From contig NZ_SBIV01000002.1 of assembly GCF_004765795.1 (NCBI RefSeq), forward strand, positions 186,001-250,000: DNA of 64,000 nt, given 5' to 3'. Shown piece by piece: positions 39,776 through 50,203 of the stretch. Numbering within the stretch: position 1 is the first letter of the stretch; every line of letters begins with the position of its first letter. This DNA comes from Halorussus marinus (GTDB lineage Archaea > Halobacteriota > Halobacteria > Halobacteriales > Haladaptataceae). The notes below the pieces were generated by a model, which was not told the origin of the DNA, made no database searches, and worked only from the letters and a program-made list of their open reading frames with translations. Made by a program: the position numbers and the translations under genes.

Positions 39776-40477
39776 ATGTATATCGTGATCGTCGGCGCAG
39801 GGAACATCGGGACGCCGCTCATCGAGATCGCCACCGCCGGTGGGAACGAGGTCGTCGTCATCGAACGCGACGAGGAAAAGGCCGAACGCGCGGCCTCGGT
39901 GTACGACTGTCTCGTCCTCCACGATGACGCGACGACGAAAGAGACACTCCTCGACGCGGGCATCGACCGTGCGGACGCGCTCATCTCCACGACCGATCAA
40001 GACGCGACCAACATCATGGTCAGCCTCCTCGCGAAGGAACTCGACGTTCCGAACATCGTCTCGGTCGTCCACAACCCCGAGCACATGGACCTGTTCGCCC
40101 GGATCGGGGTGAACACGATGCAGAACCCCCAGCGGCTGATCGCGGAGTACCTCTACCGTGCGGTCAAACGCCCCTCGATCGTCGACTACATGCGAATCGG
40201 CGACGAGGCCGAGGTGTTCGAGATCCGCGTGGGCGAAGACGCCGCGATCGTCGGAGAGACGATCCAACAGGCGGCGTCCAAGGGCCTGCTGGAAGAGGAA
40301 ATGCTCGTCGTCGCGATCGAGCGCAACGGAGACGAACACCCCATCACGCCCCGCGGGAACACCGAGATCCACGCCGGGGATCTCGTGACGGTGTACTCGG
40401 GCGAGGGCGCGACGCCCGAAGTGACCGACGTGTTCGGCCATTTCGAAGACCACAGCGTCGATCCCGACGAACACTGA
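39776..40477 (+). CDS. trkA: Trk potassium uptake RCK subunit (TrkA-N plus TrkA-C)
   Basis: IVIVGAGNIG, VIERD, DATN, ITPRGNTEIHAGD. Confidence 0.93.
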   Translation: MYIVIVGAGNIGTPLIEIATAGGNEVVVIERDEEKAERAASVYDCLVLHDDATTKETLLDAGIDRADALISTTDQDATNIMVSLLAKELDVPNIVSVVHNPEHMDLFARIGVNTMQNPQRLIAEYLYRAVKRPSIVDYMRIGDEAEVFEIRVGEDAAIVGETIQQAASKGLLEEEMLVVAIERNGDEHPITPRGNTEIHAGDLVTVYSGEGATPEVTDVFGHFEDHSVDPDEH

Positions 40478-40478
40478 G

Positions 40479-42164
40479 ATGTCGGCGGATCGCTTCGCCG
40501 GCCGACTCTCCTCGGACCTCGCGATCATCGCTCGCGACGTCGGCTCGCTGATCGCGATGGAGGCCGGACTGATGGCCATCACCGTCGGCGTCGCCGTCCT
40601 CTTCGCCGAGTGGTACGCGGCGGCGTCGTTTCTCGGGGCGGCCGTCGTTACCGCCGCGGTCGGACTCGGAGCGCGTCGGGCGTTCGCGGACGCGCCCGAC
40701 CCCCGGATGAAACACGGGATGGTGATCGCGGCCGCGGGGTGGCTGTTCGTGGCCTGTTTCGGCGCGCTCCCGTTCGTCCTGACGGCCCATCTCACGCCGA
40801 TCGAGGTCATGCAGACGTACGTCGCCTCCGCACCCCGACCCGACGCCTACGAGGCGGTGAGGATCCTCGGCGCCGAGTCCCGGTCGAGTCTGGTCTACTT
40901 CCGTGACCCGTTGCACGCGTTCTTCGAGAGCATGAGCGGCTGGACCGGCTCGGGGCTGACGATGGCGGTCCACGAGCCGACGCTCCCGCGGACGATTCAG
41001 TGGTGGCGGTCGTTCATGCAGTGGGTCGGTGGCGTCGGCGTCATCGTGCTCACGACCGCCATCCTCGCGCGACCGGGGAGCGGGAGCTACGCCCTCTACC
41101 GAAGCGAGGCGCGCGAAGAACGGATCCACCCGAGCATCATCTCGACGGTCCGGACGGTCTGGAAGATATTCGTGGTCTACACCGGCCTCTCGGTCCTCGC
41201 GATGTTCGTCGCCATCTCCCTGTCGGACTACGGCTCCCAGCTACCGACGTGGGAGGCGTTCTGGCAGGCGCTCAACCACGCCATGACCGGGTTGGCAACC
41301 GGCGGATTCTCGGTCACGGACAACTCGATCGCGACCTACGATTCGCCCCTCATCGAGACCGTCTTGTTGCCGATCATGTCGCTGGGAGCGATCGCCTTTC
41401 CGATCCACTACGGCATCCTCGCGAACGAGGAGATAGAGCTGTTCTGGGAGGACTTACAGACACGGTGGCTGTTCGTCCTCTTCGGTGCCGGCGTGGTCGT
41501 CCTCTCGATCCAGAACGCCGGGGTGGTCACCGAGGCGTTCGACGCGACCGACTACGCCGGACTGCAGACGGTCGGCCTCTCGGCGGCACAGACCACCGCG
41601 GTCCGGGACTCGGTGTTCCAGTGGATCAGCGCGCTCTCGTGTACCGGCTTCCAGTCGTCGGACATCGGGGCGTGGGGCGCGGGCGGCAAGCTCATCGTCT
41701 CGACCGCGATGGTCGTGGGCGGGGCGGCCGGATCGACGGTCGGCGGCATCAAGATCGTCCGGACGTACACCATCGGCCGGGGCATCGTCTGGCAGTTCTC
41801 GCGGGTGTTCCTCCCCGCGAGCGCCGTCGTCACGACGACGATCGACGGCCGAACGCTCGACCGCGAGGAGATGGAGCGGGAGTTCAGCGAGGCCGCGATC
41901 GTCAGCCTCCTCTGGATAAGCCTCCTCGTCGCGAGCGCGCTGGTCCTGATCAACGTCGTCGGCCCCGACTTCGGGCTGGCCGACGCGCTGTTCGAGGTGG
42001 CCAGCGCGCAGGGGAACGTCGGGCTCTCGTCGGGGATCACGGGGCCGGAGATGCCGCCGCTCGCCGAGGGGATGTTCGTCCTGAACATGTGGATCGGCCG
42101 ACTCGAGATCATCCCGATACTGGTGTTCGGCCGGTCGCTCCTCTACGGCCTCGATCCGCGCTGA
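40479..42164 (+). CDS. trkH: TrkH family potassium uptake membrane protein
   Basis: FFESMSG, QWVGGVG, TGGF, GSTVGGIK, SAQGNVG, MWIGRLEI. Confidence 0.93.
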   Translation: MSADRFAGRLSSDLAIIARDVGSLIAMEAGLMAITVGVAVLFAEWYAAASFLGAAVVTAAVGLGARRAFADAPDPRMKHGMVIAAAGWLFVACFGALPFVLTAHLTPIEVMQTYVASAPRPDAYEAVRILGAESRSSLVYFRDPLHAFFESMSGWTGSGLTMAVHEPTLPRTIQWWRSFMQWVGGVGVIVLTTAILARPGSGSYALYRSEAREERIHPSIISTVRTVWKIFVVYTGLSVLAMFVAISLSDYGSQLPTWEAFWQALNHAMTGLATGGFSVTDNSIATYDSPLIETVLLPIMSLGAIAFPIHYGILANEEIELFWEDLQTRWLFVLFGAGVVVLSIQNAGVVTEAFDATDYAGLQTVGLSAAQTTAVRDSVFQWISALSCTGFQSSDIGAWGAGGKLIVSTAMVVGGAAGSTVGGIKIVRTYTIGRGIVWQFSRVFLPASAVVTTTIDGRTLDREEMEREFSEAAIVSLLWISLLVASALVLINVVGPDFGLADALFEVASAQGNVGLSSGITGPEMPPLAEGMFVLNMWIGRLEIIPILVFGRSLLYGLDPR

Positions 42165-42305
42165 GGTGGCCGAGCCGGAATCCGACCCAGACTCCGCGTT
42201 TTCGGGGGTTTCGAACCCGGACGCGTCCGATCCGTCCGTCGGAACGACAGCGGGACGTTTTTCCTCCTCGCCGCGAGAGAGTCGCCCAATGTACGGTGAT
42301 CGGTG

Positions 42306-43841
42306 ATGTCAGTTCGAGTCGATTGGCGACAGAGCGTCGCTTTCACTGGCACGGTGATCAAGTACCTCGCCGTCGCCATGCTCGTCCCGCTGGGGATAAG
42401 CCTCCTCTACCAGGAAGACGTACTCACCTTCCTCGCCTCGATCAGCCTCACGGTCGCCAGCGGCGTCGCACTCGAGCGGCTCAGCGACGACCCGGATCTC
42501 GGACCCCGCGAGGCGCTCTTGCTCGTGGCCCTCTCGTGGGGCGCGGTCGCGGTCATCGGGGCCATCCCGTACGTCATCGCGGGGTACGGCACCGAATCGG
42601 CGCTCGGCCACCCGATCAACGCCTTGTTCGAGTCGATGTCCGGGTTCACGACGACCGGAGCGACCGTGACGGCCGAGATCTCCTTCGAGCGCCACTCCCA
42701 CGCGCTTTTGATGTGGCGCCAGCTCAGCCAGTGGCTCGGCGGCATGGGGATCATCGTGTTGATGGTCGCCATCCTCCCGGAGGTCGCGGTCAACGGCGCC
42801 CAGCTGATCGCCTCGGAGGCGCCCGGCCCGGAGCTACAGAAGCTGACGCCGAAGATCGCCGAGACCGCGCGACTGCTCTGGCTGTTCTACCTCGGGTTCA
42901 CCGTGCTGTACGTCGCGATACTGCTCGGACTCCACTACGCGGGGCTGGCGCCGAACATGGACGCGTACAACGCGGTCGCCCACGGGTTCACGACGCTACC
43001 GACCGGCGGGTTCTCCCCGCAGGCCGAAAGCATCGCGGCGTTCTCGCCGGCGGTCCAGTGGGTCGTCATCCCCTTCATGCTGATCGCGGGGATGAACTTC
43101 GCGCTGTTTTACTTTCTGTTGCAGGACGACTACGGCGAGTTCCTCCACGACCGCGAGCTACAGGCCTATCTGGGCGCGAACGCCGGCGTGGCGGTCCTGC
43201 TCTGGGGACTGCTCTTCACCGGCTCGGCGCCGCCGCTGGAGCTCGGCGGCCTCACCGAAGGCGTCGTCGAGAACTCCCTTCGGCAAGCGACGTTTCAGGT
43301 CGCCTCGCTCCTGAACTCGACGGGGTACGCGACCAGTGACTTCGCACAGTGGGGGACGACCGCGCAGGGCCTGCTGTTGTTCGCGATGTTCATCGGCGGC
43401 TCGGCCGGATCGACCGGCGGCGGCGTCAAAGTCGTCCGATGGCTCGTCGTCCTCAAGGCGATCCGGCGCCAGCTGTTCACGACGGCCCATCCGAGTTCGG
43501 TCAGACCCGTCCGTCTCGGCGGCCACGTCATCGACGAGGACGCCATCACCGCCATTTACGGGTTCACCCTGCTGTATCTGTTGACCTTCGGGGTCGCGAC
43601 GGTGCTGTTGCTGTTCGACGCGAGTCGGGTCGGCCTCGAACTGTCCGTCCTCGAGGCGGTCAGCGCGAGTCTGGCGACGATCGGCAACATCGGCCCCGGG
43701 TTCGGGTTTCTGGGACCGTTCGGGAGCTACCTCGACTTCCCGGCGACGAGCAAACTGCTGATGGTGTTTCTGATGTGGATCGGCCGGCTCGAGATCATCC
43801 CCGTCTTCGTGATGTTCACCGGCGCGTTCTGGAAGAAGTGA
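42306..43841 (+). CDS. trkH: TrkH family potassium uptake membrane protein (second paralogue)
   Basis: FESMSGFTTTGAT, QWLGGMG, GSTGGGVK, GNIGPG, MWIGRLEI. Confidence 0.93.
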   Translation: MSVRVDWRQSVAFTGTVIKYLAVAMLVPLGISLLYQEDVLTFLASISLTVASGVALERLSDDPDLGPREALLLVALSWGAVAVIGAIPYVIAGYGTESALGHPINALFESMSGFTTTGATVTAEISFERHSHALLMWRQLSQWLGGMGIIVLMVAILPEVAVNGAQLIASEAPGPELQKLTPKIAETARLLWLFYLGFTVLYVAILLGLHYAGLAPNMDAYNAVAHGFTTLPTGGFSPQAESIAAFSPAVQWVVIPFMLIAGMNFALFYFLLQDDYGEFLHDRELQAYLGANAGVAVLLWGLLFTGSAPPLELGGLTEGVVENSLRQATFQVASLLNSTGYATSDFAQWGTTAQGLLLFAMFIGGSAGSTGGGVKVVRWLVVLKAIRRQLFTTAHPSSVRPVRLGGHVIDEDAITAIYGFTLLYLLTFGVATVLLLFDASRVGLELSVLEAVSASLATIGNIGPGFGFLGPFGSYLDFPATSKLLMVFLMWIGRLEIIPVFVMFTGAFWKK

Positions 43842-43916
43842 GGACGCGCCGGGCCGGCGGTCTCGGGAGCCCGACCGCCGGCGGTTTTATCCGCCGGCTG
43901 AAACAACCGTGTACGT

Positions 43917-45344
43917 ATGGCTGACGAGCGTGCCGACGTCGAACCCGCGGGCCGGAACGTCGCCGGCGAGGCCCCCGCAACGGAGCCGAAGGCGGTCACC
44001 GACGATACGACCGTCCACGACGACGTCGAACTCGAACGGACGATCGGGCTCGTCGGCGGGTTGGCGATCGGGATCGGCACGATGATCGGCGCGGGGATCT
44101 TCGTGTTCCCCGGGCTGGCGGCCGCGAACGCCGGGCTCGCGGCCACGCTCTCGTTCGCCATCGGCGGCGTGATCGCGTTGCTGGTGGCGCTCCCGACCTC
44201 GGAGCTCGCCACCGCGATGCCCCGAAGCGGCGGGGGCTACTACTTCATATCGCGGGGGATGGGGACGGCGTACGGCGCGATCGTCGGCCTCGGGCTGTGG
44301 CTGGGGCTGATGTTCGCCTCCGCGTTCTACCTCGTCGGACTGGGCCACTACGCGAGCGCGGTGTTCGCCGAACTGGGCGTCGCGCTCCCGGTCAGCCCGG
44401 TCATCGGGATCGGGCTGCTGTTCGGGGCGGGCCTGACCGCGCTGAGCATCGGCGGAACCGAGAACACGGCCAGCCTCCAGAACGCCGTGGTGGGAATCTT
44501 GCTCGTCGTGCTGACGGCCTTTCTCTCGTACGGCGTGCTCGACGCGGTGGGCGTCTTCGGCGGCGAGAGCGTCCCGGAGACGTTTTTCGCGAGGGGGTAC
44601 TTCCCGGTGCTGACGACCGCGGCGCTGGTGTTTACGTCGTATCTGGGGTTCGCGCAGGTCGCGACCGTCGCGGGCGAGATCAAACGGCCGGGACGAAACC
44701 TCCCGCTGGCGATGGTCGGGTCCGTCGTCGTCGTCACGGTCTTCTACGTCGTGACGATCTTCGTCGCGACCAGCGCGTTCGGCGCGGAGCGACTGGGCCA
44801 GTTCGGCGAGACCGCGATGGTCGAGGTCGCCCGGGAGTTCCTCGGGGTCCCCGGCGCGATCGCGATCCTCGGCGCCGGGCTGTTGGCGACGTTTTCGAGC
44901 GCGAACGCGTCGATCCTCAGCGCCTCGCGGGCGGTGTACGCGCTGAGCCGCGACGCCTTACTTCCCCGAAAGGCGAGCGAGGTCAACCTCCGGTACGGCA
45001 CGCCACACGTCGCGTTGCTCTCCGCCGGCGGACCGATACTGGTCCTCGTCGCGACCGGGCAGGTCGAACTGCTCGCGGAGGTCGCCTCGTTTCTCCACCT
45101 GATCATGTACGGCCTGATGTGCGTCGCTCTGATCGTGTTGCGTCGGCGAGATCCGCCGTGGTACGCCCCGAGCTACCGCGTTCCGGGCTACCCGGTGGTC
45201 CCGGCCGCCGGCGCGCTCGCGAGCTTCGGACTGATCGCGTTCATGCAACCCGCGTCGATCGGCGTCGGTATCGTGGTCATGGCCGGGTCCTACCTCTGGT
45301 ACCGATACTACGCCGGCGACGTCGACCTCAAAGGAGACATCTGA
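43917..45344 (+). CDS. APC family amino acid permease
   Basis: [34 protein letters not shown]. Confidence 0.92.
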   Translation: MADERADVEPAGRNVAGEAPATEPKAVTDDTTVHDDVELERTIGLVGGLAIGIGTMIGAGIFVFPGLAAANAGLAATLSFAIGGVIALLVALPTSELATAMPRSGGGYYFISRGMGTAYGAIVGLGLWLGLMFASAFYLVGLGHYASAVFAELGVALPVSPVIGIGLLFGAGLTALSIGGTENTASLQNAVVGILLVVLTAFLSYGVLDAVGVFGGESVPETFFARGYFPVLTTAALVFTSYLGFAQVATVAGEIKRPGRNLPLAMVGSVVVVTVFYVVTIFVATSAFGAERLGQFGETAMVEVAREFLGVPGAIAILGAGLLATFSSANASILSASRAVYALSRDALLPRKASEVNLRYGTPHVALLSAGGPILVLVATGQVELLAEVASFLHLIMYGLMCVALIVLRRRDPPWYAPSYRVPGYPVVPAAGALASFGLIAFMQPASIGVGIVVMAGSYLWYRYYAGDVDLKGDI

Positions 45345-45346
45345 CA

Positions 45347-46081
45347 ATGACAGACAGACCGTCGGTACTCGTCCCGATCCGCGTGCTCGAAGGAGAATCG
45401 GTTCCGGAGGGCGTTCCCGAACTGCTCGCGGACGCCCACGTCGTCCTGCTTGGCTATCACGTCATCCCCGAACAGACCGCGACGGGGCAGGCCCAGATGC
45501 AGTTCGAAGAGCGTGCGAACGAGCGCCTCGACGACTACGCGTCGATGTTCGAGGAGGTCGGTGCGACCGTCGAGCGCCGACTCGTGTTCACCCACGACGG
45601 GCAGAAGACGATCGACCGGACGATCGCCGAGCACGACTGCATGGCCGTCCTCGTCCCGAACGCGACCCGATCGGTCGAGGACGTGCTGGTCGCCGTCCGC
45701 GGGACCGTCGGGATCGATCGGCTCGCCCGGGTCGTCGCGGGCGTGTTCGCCGAGACCGACGTCTCGGTGACGCTGTATCACGTCGCCGAGACCGACGAGT
45801 CTGACGGCGACGTCGAGACGCTACTCGAGGGCCTCGACGAACGACTCGAAGAACTCGGGGTGGAGCCGTCGGCGATCGAGACCCGCGTCGAGCGCGACCG
45901 AGACGCGCTCGACGCGATCGTCGAGGCGGCCGACGAGTTCGACGCCGTCGTCATGGGCGAGACCGACCCGTCCCTGACGACGTTCGTGTTCGGGATGCCG
46001 GCCGATCAGGTCGCAGACCGGTTTCTCGGTCCCGTGCTCGTCGTTCAGCGCGAGCCCGCGTCGAGCGCGACCGAGGAGTGA
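45347..46081 (+). CDS. Universal stress protein (USP)-like, tandem domains
   Basis: VLVPI, VLVAVRG, DAVVMG, GPVLVV; directly follows the permease. Confidence 0.8.
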   Translation: MTDRPSVLVPIRVLEGESVPEGVPELLADAHVVLLGYHVIPEQTATGQAQMQFEERANERLDDYASMFEEVGATVERRLVFTHDGQKTIDRTIAEHDCMAVLVPNATRSVEDVLVAVRGTVGIDRLARVVAGVFAETDVSVTLYHVAETDESDGDVETLLEGLDERLEELGVEPSAIETRVERDRDALDAIVEAADEFDAVVMGETDPSLTTFVFGMPADQVADRFLGPVLVVQREPASSATEE

Positions 46082-46178
46082 TCCGCCGAGGCGGCCCGGA
46101 CGGCCCGAAAGCGTCGGTCGACATGCCCCGGCGTGCTCGCCCGCGGGCGGCACACGACTCTTCGAGACGCCGGTCGTC

Positions 46179-47219
46179 TCACTCCTCGGACGGCGCCGGT
46201 CGATCGTCGGACTGCTCGGAGAGCTGGAGTTCCTCGACGAGACGAGCGGTGACGATCTGCTCGACGATCGCGAGCAGGTCCGGGCCGTCGAGGTCGGCGT
46301 CGGCGAAGATCCCGAGCGGGATCTCGCCGCCCGCCATCTCCCGGTGACCGCCGGCGCTCCCGACGTCCGCGAACGCGGCGTGGAGCGCGTTGCCGATGTG
46401 GACGCGCGAGTCCGTCGACCGGGCGCTGAGCTGAATCGACTCGTCGATGATACCGAAGACGACGGCCGTCTCGACGCCCTCCAGCGACGCGAGATAGTCG
46501 GCGGCCTGTGGTAACGCGTCGCGTTCGGACGTCCGACCGACGTGGGAGATGAGCACCGCGCCCCTGATCTCCCGGTTCTCGATGGCGGTCGCGATCGCGT
46601 CCACGGTCGCGCCGCTGACCGACGGCGAGGAGAGTTGCTTGAGGAGGTCCCGATCCGCGTGGCCGTGGAGATACTTGGCCGCCTCGTACTCCTCGGCGGT
46701 CACCCCGCGGAGGAACCCGAGCGTCTCCCGGCGGATCGCGAACATGAGCGCCGTCGCGAGCGTGAGATCGAGATCGAGTTCGAGCGCCCGGACGTACTCG
46801 GTGAGTATCGTGGCGGTCGCGCCGATGGCCTCGCGGTGGTCGACGAATCGGGCCTCGATTCCCTCCGCGGGGTGGTGGTCGATCACGATATCGATCGGGG
46901 TGGCCTCGGGCACGCGGTTGTTCGCGCCGGGGACCGCGTGGTCGACGAACGCGAGCAGCGACTCGTCGGGGCGGTCCCGAACTGCGTCGGCGTCGAACGG
47001 TCGGAGATCGATGTCGAGGAGATTGACGAACGCCCGGTTCTGCTGGTGGGAGATCTCGCCGCTGTACAGGATGTGGTGGTCCTCGATGCCGGCGGCGGCC
47101 GCGATCCGCCCCAGCGCGAGCGCGCTCGCGAGGCAGTCCGGATCCGGGTTGTTGTGACAGACGATCGTGAGCTCTTCGCCCTCGGCGAGCAGTTCCCGAA
47201 GCGACGCTGCGTTACTCAT
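46179..47219 (-). CDS. DHH/DHHA1 family phosphoesterase
   Basis: HNNPDPD, FVDH, IDHH, SAR, AGGH..MAGG. Confidence 0.9.
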   Translation of the reverse strand: MSNAASLRELLAEGEELTIVCHNNPDPDCLASALALGRIAAAAGIEDHHILYSGEISHQQNRAFVNLLDIDLRPFDADAVRDRPDESLLAFVDHAVPGANNRVPEATPIDIVIDHHPAEGIEARFVDHREAIGATATILTEYVRALELDLDLTLATALMFAIRRETLGFLRGVTAEEYEAAKYLHGHADRDLLKQLSSPSVSGATVDAIATAIENREIRGAVLISHVGRTSERDALPQAADYLASLEGVETAVVFGIIDESIQLSARSTDSRVHIGNALHAAFADVGSAGGHREMAGGEIPLGIFADADLDGPDLLAIVEQIVTARLVEELQLSEQSDDRPAPSEE

Positions 47220-47346
47220 CACTGTGACGTTCGGGCCCCGGACGAATAGGGATACAGGCGTCCGTAGGTCGGGGCCAAACGCAGTCGGCGGGGTCGGAAC
47301 TCCCCGTGAGAGACCCCATGAATCCCAACGAGAACGTCGCGACCGC

Positions 47347-47538
47347 TCAGTCACGTCCCAGTCCGAGCGTAACGGCTACCGCGACGATAGCCGCGATTAC
47401 TCCGATCGCCAGCGGCACCGGCTGACGCAGGAACGAACCCCACTCCCAGCCGAAGAGAACGGAGCCACCGATGGCGATCACGGCGACGACGAGTCCGACG
47501 AGCGTACCGATGCTTGAGGTATCGCGCGCTGGCAACAT
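47347..47538 (-). CDS. Small two-TM protein (FGW motif)
   Basis: VAVIAIGGSVLFGWEWG...PVPLAIGVIAAIVAVAV; resembles 51223-51402. Confidence 0.6.
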   Translation of the reverse strand: MLPARDTSSIGTLVGLVVAVIAIGGSVLFGWEWGSFLRQPVPLAIGVIAAIVAVAVTLGLGRD

Positions 47539-47636
47539 ACGAAATGATTACTATCCTACAGTATAAACCGTCCTCGCACGACTCCAAGAGCTGGAACTGT
47601 GGGTACGCCCTGATCAGACCGGGTGGAGAAGTGTGC

Positions 47637-47990
47637 ATGGAACGAGTGAATGAAGACGTACGCGAGATCAGCGGACTGCTGGCCGACGACATCACCCAGC
47701 GAATCCTCGTCGAAACGACTGAGCAACCAATGTCCGCGAACGAACTGAGCGACGCCTGTGACGTGTCACCTCAAACCGTGTATCGGCGACTAGAGAGACT
47801 ACAGGAGTACGAGCTGGTCACCGAAGCCGTCGCGCTGGACGACGACGGCCACCACCACAAGGTATACACCGCGACGCTCGATCAGGTCACGATCAAGCTG
47901 ACCGCGGACGGGTTCGAGTTCGATCTCTCTCTCCGTCAGCGCATGGCCGCGCGCTTTAGACAGTTCGTTACCGAGGTGCGTGATCGATGA
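47637..47990 (+). CDS. ArsR-like winged-helix transcriptional regulator
   Basis: PMSANELSDACDVSPQTVYRRLERL..DDDGHHHKVY. Confidence 0.85.
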   Translation: MERVNEDVREISGLLADDITQRILVETTEQPMSANELSDACDVSPQTVYRRLERLQEYELVTEAVALDDDGHHHKVYTATLDQVTIKLTADGFEFDLSLRQRMAARFRQFVTEVRDR

Positions 47991-48304
47991 GTCCGTTTCA
48001 GCCCAGCCCCGCGATACAATCACAGATCGCGTTCGTACTCACGGCTATCTCGACGGTTCTGGGACTCGCAGTCGGCTATCTCGCGCTACGTGGCTACTGG
48101 CAGAGCCGACACCGCCCGATGTTTTTCGTCGCCGTCGGTTTCTTCCTCGTCTTCTGGACGCCGGTGTTCCTCGTCCTCGGGCCGTATCTCGTCCCGCTCG
48201 TCGGGCCGTTCGTGTACGGGATGCTGGGAGAGATCAGTCGGATCGTCGGCCTTCTCTCCATTCTGTACGGGTTACGGATGCCGTACGTCCAACGCACGTC
48301 GTAG
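47987..48304 (+). CDS. Small three-TM protein coupled to the wHTH regulator (DUF7521-like)
   Basis: YLALRGY..SRHRPMFFVAVGF, GLLSILYGL; ATGA overlap. Confidence 0.72.
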   Translation: MSPFQPSPAIQSQIAFVLTAISTVLGLAVGYLALRGYWQSRHRPMFFVAVGFFLVFWTPVFLVLGPYLVPLVGPFVYGMLGEISRIVGLLSILYGLRMPYVQRTS

Positions 48305-48509
48305 CCGTCCACTCGGGAACGCGGGTTACGCAGTCTTCGACGTCGTGGCCCTCTCTGTCCGCGAGTTGGGAGCATCTGTGCCGTCACAACGGACGCAGAG
48401 TCGCTCGGCCGAACGCCGAGAGCGTGATTCTGTATATCTGAATCTGGTTTATCGAGAGTGGCGAACCGACGCGTCACCGTTTTGGCCCGTAAGCGCGTAG
48501 GGTCCGCTA

Positions 48510-49154
48510 ATGGACAGAGACGACGCTATCGAGCGCGTCGAGGAGATTCTGCGGACGGTCGAGACCGAGACGATGCCGGTCCCGGTTCGAGAGCTGTGGG
48601 TGTACGGCGACGTCGCGCTGGGGCTGGACCCGGTCGAGCGCCTCGACGTGTACGTCACCAAAGACATCCTGCTCGACGGCGACGCCGACCGCGAGTCGGA
48701 GTTCCGGCGCTCGCACGGAGTCGAAGGCGTCGGCAAGACCGTCCGGGCCGAGTGGGCCGACGACCACTCCGAGCACATCCGCGCCAACGACAGCGGCCAC
48801 GCGGCGCCCGAGAAGTGTCTGGCCGCCCACCTGCTACCCGACGACGAGCCGGTCCACCTCGAAGTCTGCAATTCCAGCTTCGAGGACAACGTGACCCAGC
48901 GGCTCAGGGGAGCGATCGCCCGGGAAGCCTACGAGCAGATCCTCGATCCGCGGGGCGTCTGTCTGTGGGTCGACGGCGAACGCAGCGACGAGGCCCTCGG
49001 GAAGCTCCGCGAGAGCGAACTCGCGTTCCCGACCCTGCCCGACGCGCTGGAGATGCTCGGGATGGACACCGACCGAACCGACACGGCCGCCGAGGCCGTC
49101 GAGTCCTACCGGAAACGCCAAGAGGGCGCGACGGTCCGAGGCGACGTGGTGTAG
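48510..49154 (+). CDS. Conserved haloarchaeal protein with nucleotidyltransferase-like N-terminus (DUF7095-like)
   Basis: VRELWVYGDVALG..PVERLDVYV. Confidence 0.75.
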   Translation: MDRDDAIERVEEILRTVETETMPVPVRELWVYGDVALGLDPVERLDVYVTKDILLDGDADRESEFRRSHGVEGVGKTVRAEWADDHSEHIRANDSGHAAPEKCLAAHLLPDDEPVHLEVCNSSFEDNVTQRLRGAIAREAYEQILDPRGVCLWVDGERSDEALGKLRESELAFPTLPDALEMLGMDTDRTDTAAEAVESYRKRQEGATVRGDVV

Positions 49155-49192
49155 CGAGGGACCGTCGCGACGTCTCCGAACGCTCACGTCCG

Positions 49193-50008
49193 TCAGACCG
49201 ATCCGACGGTCACGTAGAAGGGGACGACCTCGGCGCGGCGGTACTCGCCCGCCCGCATCTGTTCGATGACGGTCCGTCCCATCTCGCGCCAGTCGGTCCG
49301 GAGGTCGTCGTACTCGCCGGCCGAGAGGTCCCCGTCGAGTAGGGTCGCCCGGTCGTCGGCCAGCCCCGCGCCCGAGGCCTTCCGGCGGGCCGACCGGAGG
49401 TCGCGCTCGGCGTACGGGGGTTCGGTCGTGCGCGCGTGGACGTACCGCCGGGTGCGGACGTCCGAGAGCCCGACCTCGCGGAACGCCTCGCGGGTCCCCT
49501 CGCCTCCGAGCGTCACGTCGGTCTCGACGCCCGACAGGTACGCCCGGCGGGCGCGCGCCGAGAGGTCGCTCTCTCGCTCGACGGTCGATTCGACCGACAC
49601 CGCGGAGTTGTCGGGCTCGATCGCGGCCACGAGGTCCGAGGAGACTCGCCGGAACTCCCGGACCGCGTGGGCCGGCTCGGGGAGGTTGATGAGTAGCGCC
49701 TGACACACCGCCAGATCGACCGCGTCCTCGCACAACGGGAGTCGGAGGGCGTCGCCGGCGACGACCGGGACTCCGGGCTGGTCGGTGTCGTCCCGGCCGG
49801 CGGCGACCGCCAGCAGGTCGCGGTCGGCGTCACAGCCGACCACCTCGCCGGGCGACTCCTCGGCGAGCACGCGGGCGAGTTCGCCGGTGCCACAGCCGAC
49901 GTCGAGAATCCGCTCGCGGGACCCGAGTTCGAGGTCCGAAAGCGCCTCCCGGTCGTCCCACATGCCCCGGCGGGTGTCCCGAAGGTAGTCGGCGGAGAAC
50001 TCTCGCAC
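49193..50008 (-). CDS. Class I SAM-dependent methyltransferase
   Basis: ILDVGCGTG, GDALRLP, AIEPD. Confidence 0.9.
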   Translation of the reverse strand: MREFSADYLRDTRRGMWDDREALSDLELGSRERILDVGCGTGELARVLAEESPGEVVGCDADRDLLAVAAGRDDTDQPGVPVVAGDALRLPLCEDAVDLAVCQALLINLPEPAHAVREFRRVSSDLVAAIEPDNSAVSVESTVERESDLSARARRAYLSGVETDVTLGGEGTREAFREVGLSDVRTRRYVHARTTEPPYAERDLRSARRKASGAGLADDRATLLDGDLSAGEYDDLRTDWREMGRTVIEQMRAGEYRRAEVVPFYVTVGSV

Positions 50009-50203
50009 GGTTCTGGGCCCGCTACGGCCCGGTCCCGGAAAAGTCGGGCGGTTCGAGCCGGCGATAAACCGTATCTCGGTCGATGAAATCCAGCGACGCC
50101 CACGAGCGCTCGGGACTCGAACGCGGGGTCTCGGTCGGGCGCCGGCCCGGAACTTCGCCGCGACGCCAACCTTGATGGCGACCGGCGGACCTACTCGGAG
50201 ACA

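Noticed and set aside
42087..43802. Near-identical DNA at the ends of the two trkH genes
   Set aside because: Explained by the conserved MWIGRLEIIP motif and codon bias
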